Shown: positions 7,357 through 15,864 of the stretch, one piece after another
Numbering within the stretch: position 1 is the first letter of the stretch
How the letters are laid out: each line of letters starts with the position of its first letter
Assembly: GCA_001695645.1 (NCBI GenBank)
Contig: LVZN01000016.1
Span: forward strand, 8,884-40,883
Source: Erysipelotrichaceae bacterium MTC7
Lineage (GTDB): Bacteria; Bacillota_I; Bacilli_A; Erysipelotrichales; Erysipelotrichaceae
Reading direction: 5' to 3'
Length of the DNA: 32,000 bases
Position numbers and translations under genes: made by a program
Notes under the pieces: model-generated
The model's database searches: none
Told to the model about the DNA's origin: nothing
What the model saw: only the letters and a program-made list of their open reading frames with translations

Positions 7357-9601
7357 ATACTTGAAAAAGTATTGGTGGATGCTGTTACTTGTAGTTGGTT
7401 TATTATACGGACAAGCACAAGCGGAATTGGCACTACCTGACTATATGAGTGAAATTATCAGCAACGGGATTCAATCCGGAGGTTTTAATAGTAGTGTACC
7501 AGAAATGATGAGTAAAGATAGTTATGATCATACTTTGATTTTTATGGATGATAAAGATGCAAAAATTATGGAAGATAGTTATTCGTATATTCCGTTTGCA
7601 GACATTAAAAATGATGAACTTCCAGAAGCGATTGATTTATCAAATAAAAGTGTCATTAAAGATAGTGGTATTTATGTATTGAACGATTTGAGTTCAACAA
7701 AATTTAAGCAGTTACAAAAAGTGATGGATGTTCCATTTTTGATGGTAAATGGAATGGAAAGCATCGGTCAAGGGGATACAAGTTTTATCTCTAAAGATCA
7801 AGCAAACCAAATGCAAGAAGTTATGGACAAATTACCAGAAGGGATGACCATCTTCGATGCCTTGCAAATGCAACCAAAAGAAGAAACTTTAAAAATGGTG
7901 GATGAGCAAAAAAGCAAACTTGAAGAACTTGGTGATGTTGCAAGTATGTCCATGGTAAAAGGTGAATACGAACGCTTGGGTGTAAATACACAACGCGTGC
8001 AAAACAACTACATCTTTTCGACGGGAATTAAAATGTTAGCCATTTCTTTAGGTGGTGTGTTATGTGCGATTATGGTTGGCTTCTTTGCAAGTCTAATTGG
8101 TAATGGTGTTGCTCGTCGTATGCGTCAAGATGTCTTTGAAAAAGTCGAAAGCTTTTCAAACGAAGAGTTTAACAAGTTTTCAACAGCTAGTTTAATTACA
8201 CGTACAACCAATGATATTCAACAAATTCAAATGGTTCTTGTTATGGGAATGCGAATGATTATTTATTCACCAATTTTAGCTTTTGGTGCCATCATGCGTG
8301 TTCTAAATGATGGCTCTGGACTCATTTGGATTATTGTCCTTGTTGTTGTCGTAATCTTGGCGATCATGGTTGTAACTTTCGCAATCGCTGGACCGAAATT
8401 TAAAATTGTTCAAAAGTTAATCGATAAAATCAACTTAGTCATGCGTGAAGATTTGAGTGGAATGTTGGTCATTCGTGCTTTCCATACGGAAACATATGAA
8501 GAAGCAAGAATGGAAAAAGCAAACCGGGATCAAATGAAGGTACAATTATTTACGGGACGTACCATTGCCATAGTTATGCCATTGGTTCAATTTGTCTTTA
8601 GTGCATCAACATTATTAATTGTATGGGTATCTGCCCAACAAATTGATTTAGGTAACATGCAAATTGGACAAATGATTGCCTTTATGCAATATGCTATGCA
8701 AATTATCATGTCATTTATGATGATTGCGATGATTTCAATTATGCTTCCAAGAGCAAGTGCTTCTGCAGATCGTGTCTTTGAAGTTATCAATACAAAATTG
8801 AACATTCAAGATCCAAGTACACCTGAAACATTTGATACCAATGAAAAAGGATATGTCGAATTTAAAAACGTTTCATTCCGTTACCCAGGTGCGGAAGAAG
8901 ATGTTTTACATGACATTAGTTTTGTGGCTAAGCCAAGACAAACAACAGCGTTTATTGGTAGTACTGGATCAGGGAAAAGTACAATTGTGAATTTGATTCC
9001 ACGTTTCTTTGATACCACAAGTGGTTCAATTAAAGTAGATGGTATGAACATTAAAGATGTAAAACAAACAGACTTACGAGAAAAAATTGGATTGGTTCCA
9101 CAAAAAGGAGTTTTATTCTCAGGAACCATTGAAAGTAATATTAAATATAGTGATGAGCAAATGAGTGATGAACAAATGCAACTTGCTGCTGATGTAGCGC
9201 AAGCTACAGAATTCATTTCACAAAAACCAGAAGGATTCCAAAGTGAAATCGCACAAGGTGGAACTAACGTATCCGGAGGACAAAAACAAAGAATTTCAAT
9301 TGCAAGAGCAGTTGCAAAAAACCCAGAGATTTACATCTTTGATGATAGTTTTAGTGCCTTAGACTTTAAGACAGATGCAACCGTACGTGAAGCGTTAAAC
9401 AAACTTGTTGAGAAAACAGGAAGTACGATTCTTGTGGTTGCGCAAAGAATATCTTCAATTATGCAAGCAGATCAAATCGTCGTGCTTGATGAAGGTCGCA
9501 TTGTTGCAAAAGGAACACATGACGAACTGATGGCTTCATGTGAGGTATATCAAGAAATTGCCTATTCACAATTAAGTAAGGAGGAGCTAGAAAATGAGTA
9601 A
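7340..9601 (+). CDS. ABC exporter permease/ATPase fusion, subunit 1 of a heterodimer, with a large insertion between TM1 and TM2
   Basis: I prefer ATG 7340 (MIKTFKYLKKYWW..., a typical N-terminus for this family; AAAGGA upstream). It overlaps the MarR stop by 17 nt. Six-TM exporter domain plus an NBD: Walker A GSTGSGKST, signature VSGGQKQ, Walker B IYIFDD followed by D rather than E. Confidence 0.85.
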   Translation: MIKTFKYLKKYWWMLLLVVGLLYGQAQAELALPDYMSEIISNGIQSGGFNSSVPEMMSKDSYDHTLIFMDDKDAKIMEDSYSYIPFADIKNDELPEAIDLSNKSVIKDSGIYVLNDLSSTKFKQLQKVMDVPFLMVNGMESIGQGDTSFISKDQANQMQEVMDKLPEGMTIFDALQMQPKEETLKMVDEQKSKLEELGDVASMSMVKGEYERLGVNTQRVQNNYIFSTGIKMLAISLGGVLCAIMVGFFASLIGNGVARRMRQDVFEKVESFSNEEFNKFSTASLITRTTNDIQQIQMVLVMGMRMIIYSPILAFGAIMRVLNDGSGLIWIIVLVVVVILAIMVVTFAIAGPKFKIVQKLIDKINLVMREDLSGMLVIRAFHTETYEEARMEKANRDQMKVQLFTGRTIAIVMPLVQFVFSASTLLIVWVSAQQIDLGNMQIGQMIAFMQYAMQIIMSFMMIAMISIMLPRASASADRVFEVINTKLNIQDPSTPETFDTNEKGYVEFKNVSFRYPGAEEDVLHDISFVAKPRQTTAFIGSTGSGKSTIVNLIPRFFDTTSGSIKVDGMNIKDVKQTDLREKIGLVPQKGVLFSGTIESNIKYSDEQMSDEQMQLAADVAQATEFISQKPEGFQSEIAQGGTNVSGGQKQRISIARAVAKNPEIYIFDDSFSALDFKTDATVREALNKLVEKTGSTILVVAQRISSIMQADQIVVLDEGRIVAKGTHDELMASCEVYQEIAYSQLSKEELENE

Positions 9602-11507
9602 CGAACAACCAAAACAAAGAAAAGCTCCCCAAATGGGATTTGGTCGTGGTGGACACGGTCATGGTGCACCTGGTGAAAAAGCAAAAGACTTTAAAAAAGC
9701 TGTTCGCCAGTTGATTAGTTATGTCTCTGAGTATAAAGTTCGCTTAATTGTCATTATGATTTTTGCGATCTTAAGTATGGTGTTTGTCATTGTAGGACCT
9801 AAGATTTTAGGAGAAGCAACCGACTTGTTGGTTACCGGAATTGGTAACAAGATGTCAGGTAAAGGTGGCATCGATTTTGATGGCATCCTTGAAATTATTG
9901 TGAAGTTACTGGGTATGTACTTGTTTAGTGCTCTTTGTAATTACATTCAAGGGTTTATGATGACGGGAATGACACAAAAAATTGCGTATAACTTACGTAA
10001 TGAAATTTCAGCAAAAATCAACCGTTTACCACTTTCGTATTTTGATACAACAAGCCAAGGTGATGTATTGAGTCGTGTAACAAACGATGTGGATACCTTA
10101 TCGCAAGGACTTCAACAATCAGTCACAAACTTAATTACATCAATTATTCAAGTGGTTGGATACGCAATTATGATGTTTAGTGTTTCGTGGATGATGACGA
10201 TTGTCGCGTTACTTGTCTTACCATTTTCAGCAATTATTATCATGTTGATAACGAAACGTTCGCAACCACTATTCTTCGCCCAACAACAATCACTTGGTGC
10301 TTTGAATGGTCATGTTGAAGAAATGTATGGTGGACACATGATTGTGAAAGCTTTCAACGGTGAAGAAGACAGTGTTGAACAATTCAAAGTGTATAATGAT
10401 CAATTGTATAAATCTGGATGGAAATCTCAATTCCTAAGTGGATTGATGATGCCAGTTACACAATTCATTGGAAATATTGGGTATGTACTTGTATGTTTAG
10501 TTGGTGGATACTTAAGTGTCAATCCAACTGTCAGCATTTTGGGGCTTACAATCACTGGTGTTGGAATTTCTATTGGTGGAATTCAATCCTTTATCCAGTA
10601 TGTACGCTCATTTAACCAACCAATTAGTCAAATGGCGCAAATTATGAATCAACTGCAATCTGCTGCTGCTGCTAGTGAACGTGTCTTCCAATTCTTAGAT
10701 GAAAAAGAAATGGAACCTGATACTGCAAATCCAGTTGAAATCTACGATGATAAAGGAAACATTATCATTCCAAGCACAGTAACATTTGATAACGTAAAAT
10801 TTGGATATACACCAGATAAAATCATTATCAATGACTTTAGTTTACGTGTAGGTGACGGACAAAAAGTTGCTATCGTTGGTCCAACTGGAGCAGGGAAAAC
10901 AACCATTGTGAAGCTCTTGATGCGTTTCTATGAAGTGAATGGTGGTGGAATCTACGTTGGTGATCATAATATTGATGACTATCGACGTGCAGATTTACGA
11001 AGTATGTTTGGAATGGTATTGCAAGATGCTTGGTTGTTTAGTGGTACTGTCATGGATAACTTACGCTATGCTAAACTTGATGCAACAGATGAAGAAGTTT
11101 ACGCAGCAAGTAAAGCGGCACGTGTGGATCACTTTGTGAAAACATTGGATAATGGATATGAAACGATGTTGGATGAAGAAACAAGCAACATCTCACAAGG
11201 TCAAAAACAGTTGTTGACCATCGCGCGAGCTTTCTTAGCAGATCCAAATATATTAATTCTTGATGAAGCAACAAGCAATGTGGATACACGTACGGAAGTG
11301 CTGATCCAAGAAGGTATGGATGAATTGATGAAAGGTCGAACAAGTTTTGTTATTGCGCATAGACTATCTACGATTCGTAACGCTGATGTAATCATCGTTA
11401 TGGATAAAGGAGACATCGTGGAAATTGGTGACCATGATGAACTGCTTGCAAAAGATGGATTCTACGCAAAATTATACAATGCACAATTCGAAGAGGGAGA
11501 AGAATAA
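9594..11507 (+). CDS. ABC exporter permease/ATPase fusion, subunit 2 of the heterodimer
   Basis: SD AGGAGGAG upstream; ATG 9594 overlaps the subunit-1 stop by 8 nt. Walker A GPTGAGKTT, Walker B ILILDEATS (catalytic E present), non-canonical signature ISQGQKQ. Confidence 0.88.
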   Translation: MSNEQPKQRKAPQMGFGRGGHGHGAPGEKAKDFKKAVRQLISYVSEYKVRLIVIMIFAILSMVFVIVGPKILGEATDLLVTGIGNKMSGKGGIDFDGILEIIVKLLGMYLFSALCNYIQGFMMTGMTQKIAYNLRNEISAKINRLPLSYFDTTSQGDVLSRVTNDVDTLSQGLQQSVTNLITSIIQVVGYAIMMFSVSWMMTIVALLVLPFSAIIIMLITKRSQPLFFAQQQSLGALNGHVEEMYGGHMIVKAFNGEEDSVEQFKVYNDQLYKSGWKSQFLSGLMMPVTQFIGNIGYVLVCLVGGYLSVNPTVSILGLTITGVGISIGGIQSFIQYVRSFNQPISQMAQIMNQLQSAAAASERVFQFLDEKEMEPDTANPVEIYDDKGNIIIPSTVTFDNVKFGYTPDKIIINDFSLRVGDGQKVAIVGPTGAGKTTIVKLLMRFYEVNGGGIYVGDHNIDDYRRADLRSMFGMVLQDAWLFSGTVMDNLRYAKLDATDEEVYAASKAARVDHFVKTLDNGYETMLDEETSNISQGQKQLLTIARAFLADPNILILDEATSNVDTRTEVLIQEGMDELMKGRTSFVIAHRLSTIRNADVIIVMDKGDIVEIGDHDELLAKDGFYAKLYNAQFEEGEE

Positions 11508-11523
11508 CCTTCTATATATGATG

Positions 11524-11550
11524 AAACTCCGTAGAAATACGGGGTTTTTT
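11524..11550 (+). terminator. Rho-independent terminator after the ABC pair
   Basis: Stem CTCCGTA / TACGGGG (one G-U pair), loop GAAA, then T6. Confidence 0.75.
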
Positions 11551-11599
11551 ATATTCATACCAATCATTATATAAAAATAAACATATTATCATTATGATA

Positions 11600-11739
11600 T
11601 TGACATTCAATAGAAATAACTTATAATTTAATTAAGGATATAGTTATCTTGCTATTAGGGAAGGGATGTAATTATATACCTACCGATCTTTGCCAAAAGA
11701 TCCTTACCGAGAAAAGGGTGGAATATGTTCCACCCTTTT
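11600..11739 (+). ncRNA. Candidate small RNA or cis-regulatory leader: promoter, ~105-nt structured transcript, intrinsic terminator. Family not recognised.
   Basis: TTGACA (11600-11605), 16-nt spacer, TATAAT (11622-11627). Internal hairpin GATCTTT-gcca-AAAGATC (11685-11702) flanked by CCTACCGA / CCTTACCGA direct repeats. Terminator AAGGGTGGAA (11714-11723) / TTCCACCCTT (11728-11737) with loop TATG and flanking A4/T4. There is no plausible ORF. Confidence 0.5.
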
Positions 11740-11789
11740 CATATGTTTGGAACTGAGTGGTCTATTCTTTACTTTTTTTTGTGTGCAAA

Positions 11790-11798
11790 TGGTATAAT
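11790..11798 (+). promoter_or_regulatory. Extended -10 promoter element immediately upstream of the recG start
   Basis: TGgTATAAT at 11790-11798. Only 6 nt (acagat) separate it from ATG 11805. There is no SD-like sequence. Confidence 0.45.
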
Positions 11799-11804
11799 AC
11801 AGAT

Positions 11805-13796
11805 ATGGATTTAAAAGCGATAAAAGTTACACCTAAGAAAAAAGAAATATTACATCAAATGGGTATCGAAAGTGTGGAAGAGTTACTTGTACACTACCCG
11901 TTTCGTTATGAAGATCAAAACGTAAAGCCTTTTGCTGATTGGAAGTTGGAAGAAAAGGTCTTTTTTTCGTGCACGATTATTAACCAAGCGAAAGTTCAAT
12001 ATTTTGGTGGACGTAGAAGTGTAACACGCTTCAAGGTGCTATATGACGAGGAAGAACTAAGCTTATCCCTTTTTAATCGACCTTGGATTTCAGCTTTTCG
12101 CGTGGGGAATGTGATTACTGTTTCAGGAAAATATGAAGGTAATGGGAAAGTGCTAGTTATGTCATATAATTCACAACCGATTGAGGAACAATTGGGAATT
12201 ATTCCCGTGTATAATACAAAGGATGGCCTATCACAAAAGGATTTACGCAAATACTTAAGTCATGCATTAGAAGCGTGTTCGTTGACGGAGTTTGTTCCAG
12301 ATGGTTTAAAGCAAATGTATCAGTTGGTCGCACGAAGCAAAGCGCTTCATGACATACACTTTCCTAGTTCGTATGATGCGGTAAAGCAAGCAGTGCGCTA
12401 TTTAAAATATGAAGAATTCTTGAAGTTTCAGTTAACGATTCAATACTATAAATCAAAACATATGGAAAAGAGTAAAGAGGCAAAGCAATTTGAGCAAACA
12501 GAAATTGATGCTCTTATAACATCTTTACCATATAACTTAACCGACGATCAAAACCAAGCAATCACAGATGTGCTAGATGATATGAAGTCAAATCATATCA
12601 TGTATCGTTTGGTCCAAGGAGATGTTGGTAGTGGGAAAACGATTGTGGCTACCATCGCTATGTATGCAAATACACTTGCAGGAAAACAAGCTGCACTATT
12701 AGCACCAACGGAAATACTGGCAAAGCAACACTACGCAAATATTCAAAAGGTACTTGCTCCTTTGGGGATACGCATAGGCTTGCTGTATTCCGCACTGTCA
12801 TCAAAAGAAAAGAATGAACGGATCCACGAGATGGCAAGTGGTCAACTCGATTGTCTTGTTGGTACGCATGCACTGTTTCAAGAAGCAGTAAACTATAAGA
12901 ACTTGGGACTGGTGATTGCGGATGAACAACATCGCTTTGGTGTGCAACAGCGTCGAAAACTGATTGAAAAAGGAAATGATGTAGATTTTCTTTTAATGAG
13001 TGCAACACCGATTCCGCGTACGCTTGCAACATCGCTGTATGGAGATATGGATGTAAGCAGTATTGAGCAAATGCCAGCAGGAAGAAAACCATCCATTACG
13101 ACATTAATCAAGGAAAGCAGCATTCGCAGTATCATGGGTGAACTAAAAGCATTGTTAGATGCAAAAAATCAATGTTATATTGTTTGTCCAGCAATTGAAA
13201 AAAACAACGATTTCAAATTACGTAATGTAGAAGAAATTTATCATAATTTACTGCCCGTTCTAGGGAAGACGTATCGCTTGGATTACTTGCATGGGAAAAT
13301 GAGTAGTGAGCAAAAAGACGACATTATGCAACAATTTAAAAACAAAGAAATTGATATTCTAATTTCTACAAGTGTGATTGAGGTTGGTGTGGATGTTCCA
13401 GATGCGAACGTGATGATTATTTATGATGCAGAACGATTTGGCTTGAGTCAAATTCATCAACTTCGTGGTCGTATTGGACGTGCTGGTGGACAAGGGTATT
13501 GTTATTTATTATCAAACAGCAAAGATCCAGACAGTTTGCGACGCCTGGAAATCCTGTGTGAAAGTAACGATGGCTTTGAAATCGCAAAACAAGATTTAAT
13601 GATCCGAGGACCAGGTGATTTACTGGGAAGTAGACAAAGTGGGATTCCTGGATTTATTCTTGGGGATGTCATTATGGATGAGAATATATTAGAAGTGGCA
13701 AAGAAAGATGCACTGACTCTTTTAGAGAACTTAGACAAGTATCCAATCATCGCCGCTTACGTAGAGGAAAAAGAATACACAAGTACCATGGATTAG
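11805..13796 (+). CDS. recG: ATP-dependent DNA helicase RecG
   Basis: The N-terminus MDLKAIKV..ILHQMGIESVEELLVHYPFRYED aligns with the B. subtilis RecG N-terminus as I recall it. Helicase motifs GDVGSGKT, DEQHRFG, MSATPIPRT and QLRGRIGRAG are present. The tracked start at 11757 adds a hydrophobic, non-RecG-like 16 aa. Confidence 0.9.
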   Translation: MDLKAIKVTPKKKEILHQMGIESVEELLVHYPFRYEDQNVKPFADWKLEEKVFFSCTIINQAKVQYFGGRRSVTRFKVLYDEEELSLSLFNRPWISAFRVGNVITVSGKYEGNGKVLVMSYNSQPIEEQLGIIPVYNTKDGLSQKDLRKYLSHALEACSLTEFVPDGLKQMYQLVARSKALHDIHFPSSYDAVKQAVRYLKYEEFLKFQLTIQYYKSKHMEKSKEAKQFEQTEIDALITSLPYNLTDDQNQAITDVLDDMKSNHIMYRLVQGDVGSGKTIVATIAMYANTLAGKQAALLAPTEILAKQHYANIQKVLAPLGIRIGLLYSALSSKEKNERIHEMASGQLDCLVGTHALFQEAVNYKNLGLVIADEQHRFGVQQRRKLIEKGNDVDFLLMSATPIPRTLATSLYGDMDVSSIEQMPAGRKPSITTLIKESSIRSIMGELKALLDAKNQCYIVCPAIEKNNDFKLRNVEEIYHNLLPVLGKTYRLDYLHGKMSSEQKDDIMQQFKNKEIDILISTSVIEVGVDVPDANVMIIYDAERFGLSQIHQLRGRIGRAGGQGYCYLLSNSKDPDSLRRLEILCESNDGFEIAKQDLMIRGPGDLLGSRQSGIPGFILGDVIMDENILEVAKKDALTLLENLDKYPIIAAYVEEKEYTSTMD

Positions 13797-13825
13797 GGTA
13801 TACTTGAGTCAAAGAGGTGAAAACG

Positions 13826-14509
13826 ATGAATCCAATATTTAAATGGCTTGATGATCATGAGATTCCTTATACAAACAAGGATATTATTTTACAAGCATGT
13901 GTCCATACATCGTATTTGAATGAACACGCAGAATTACCAGGAGATAATGAACGTTTGGAATTTATGGGTGATGCAGTGTTGCAACTGTGGACAACAAATT
14001 TATTGTTTCATCATGAACCAATGTTGAATGAAGGTCAAATGACAACCCTTCGTTCACAATTGGTTCGTGAGGAAGCGTTAGCAGAATACTCAAAGGAACT
14101 CGGGTGGGATCAGTTTTTACTACTTGGAGTTGGTGAGGAAAAATCAGGTGGTAGAGAAAGAAATTCTTTATTATGTGATTTGTTTGAAGCCATTTTAGGA
14201 GCAATCTATATTGATTGTGGGTATGTTCATGTAGCAAAAATCTTACAAGAAGTGATTCCCAAGTATGTAGATGCACCAAAAGCAGATGAAGTTGTTGATT
14301 ATAAAACTAAACTTCAAGAATGCATCCAAGCGGATACAAGACAAACGGTTACCTACCATTTATTAAAAAGTACAGGTCCAAGCAACAATCCCCATTTTGA
14401 AATGGAAGTGCGCATGGATACTATTGTACTTGGTAAAGGTAGTGGACCTAGTAAAAAGAAAGCAGAGCAAGCGGCAGCTAAGGATGCATTTCTTAAGGTC
14501 GCACGCTAG
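13826..14509 (+). CDS. rnc: Ribonuclease III
   Basis: Signature ERLEFMGDAVLQL and a C-terminal dsRNA-binding domain (..GSGPSKKKAEQAAAKDA). I prefer ATG 13826 (SD AAGAGGTGA at 13812-13820) to the tracked GTG 13817. Confidence 0.9.
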   Translation: MNPIFKWLDDHEIPYTNKDIILQACVHTSYLNEHAELPGDNERLEFMGDAVLQLWTTNLLFHHEPMLNEGQMTTLRSQLVREEALAEYSKELGWDQFLLLGVGEEKSGGRERNSLLCDLFEAILGAIYIDCGYVHVAKILQEVIPKYVDAPKADEVVDYKTKLQECIQADTRQTVTYHLLKSTGPSNNPHFEMEVRMDTIVLGKGSGPSKKKAEQAAAKDAFLKVAR

Positions 14510-15757
14510 ATGAAGATATTGATTGTATGCCAACTTTTACTTTCTTTGCTTGGTTTTCAAGAACCAAACAACCAACAAGTACCTACCATTTCTAATTTTG
14601 AGGAAACAATAACTCCGGTGTCAGTTGAAGCGGATTATGCTGTCGTATATAACGTAGAAAACGAAGTTACGTTGTATGATAAAGAAGCTGATGCAACGAT
14701 CTATCCAGCAAGCATGACTAAAATTATGACTGCGATCGTAGCTATGGATAAAATCGAGGATATGCAAGCAATGATAACCATGAGTGAACAAGCCTGGGCT
14801 GGACTTGTTGAAGCTAATGCAAGTGTGGCAAATTTTCCAGTAGGAGCACAAGTCACGTATAAAGATCTATTAGCTGGTTTGCTGTTGCCTAGTGGTGCGG
14901 ATGCAGCCAATCAACTTGCCATAAGTCTATATGGTAGTCAAGCAGCTATGGTTGATGCGATGAATGCAAAAGCTAAAGAACTTCATTTACAAGTGACACA
15001 CTTTGAAAACACAACGGGTTTGCATGATCCAAAGCATGTAAGTACTGTGTATGAAATGGCACAAATACTAACACATGCCTGTACCATACCAGAACTGAAG
15101 ACCATGATGTCAACCAGGCAATACGAGATTGATTACCTTCACTTAATTTTACATAGCACGCTTGGTGAAATGGAAAATGAACTACAAGTAACCAACTTGT
15201 TAATCGATGGTGGAAAAACTGGATATACACCAGAAGCTGGTGTATGTTTAGCAAGCTTTCATGATAGTGAAGATGGTATGATGATTGCGGTTGTTGCCCA
15301 TGTAGATGAAAATCATCGTCCTGCAATTGTGCAGGCAAGTCAACAATTGTATCAATATGTTGATGATACCTATTCACGCGTAACGCTTTTTGAAAAAGGA
15401 AAAGTCTTTAAAAAAGTGGATGTTCGCTATAGCTTTACGAAACGTGTTGGCTTAATGGTTGATGAATCGGTATCGGTCCTTGTGGCAAATCATCAAGAAC
15501 CAGAAATTGATTATAAAATTGAGCAACGTTATGATGCGCCTATTAAACTAGGTGAAACAATGGGGATGTTGCGCGTTCAAGTAGCCGGACAAGAAGCGTT
15601 GCATGTACCTATAGTCGCAGCAAATGCCACAAAGTTTAGTGTATTTGCTTTTATTTTGTACTATGTACAAAGCTATTGGTACCTTGTGGTTTTACTTCTT
15701 GCAATTGTTGTGGGAAGTATCGTATATATAATGAAACAAAAGAAACATAACGTCTAA
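14510..15757 (+). CDS. D-alanyl-D-alanine carboxypeptidase (S11, PBP5/DacA-like) with a C-terminal TM anchor
   Basis: Signal peptide, SxxK as SMTK (Ser68), KTG in GGKTGYT, C-terminal hydrophobic helix. The SxN position reads SGA (128-130). The ATG directly abuts the rnc stop. Confidence 0.8.
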   Translation: MKILIVCQLLLSLLGFQEPNNQQVPTISNFEETITPVSVEADYAVVYNVENEVTLYDKEADATIYPASMTKIMTAIVAMDKIEDMQAMITMSEQAWAGLVEANASVANFPVGAQVTYKDLLAGLLLPSGADAANQLAISLYGSQAAMVDAMNAKAKELHLQVTHFENTTGLHDPKHVSTVYEMAQILTHACTIPELKTMMSTRQYEIDYLHLILHSTLGEMENELQVTNLLIDGGKTGYTPEAGVCLASFHDSEDGMMIAVVAHVDENHRPAIVQASQQLYQYVDDTYSRVTLFEKGKVFKKVDVRYSFTKRVGLMVDESVSVLVANHQEPEIDYKIEQRYDAPIKLGETMGMLRVQVAGQEALHVPIVAANATKFSVFAFILYYVQSYWYLVVLLLAIVVGSIVYIMKQKKHNV

Positions 15758-15810
15758 AAGAAAGTGCATCTACGGATGGATTTTCTTTTCTTATTTTGGC
15801 GGTGTCCACT

Positions 15811-15838
15811 TTCAAATACGCAGTGAGTTTGCTATAAT
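15811..15838 (+). promoter_or_regulatory. Candidate polC promoter
   Basis: TTCAAA (15811-15816), 16-nt spacer, TGcTATAAT (extended -10; TATAAT at 15833-15838). Confidence 0.5.
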
Positions 15839-15864
15839 GAAAGACAGAAATCGGTGGTAGGAAT

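Noticed and set aside
11666-11671. A minimal start-stop ORF (ATG TAA) preceded by GGGAAGGG inside the candidate RNA element.
   Set aside because: The purine tract abuts the ATG with no spacer, so it is poorly placed as an SD. The tract is better explained as part of the RNA's alternative pairing with the terminator.
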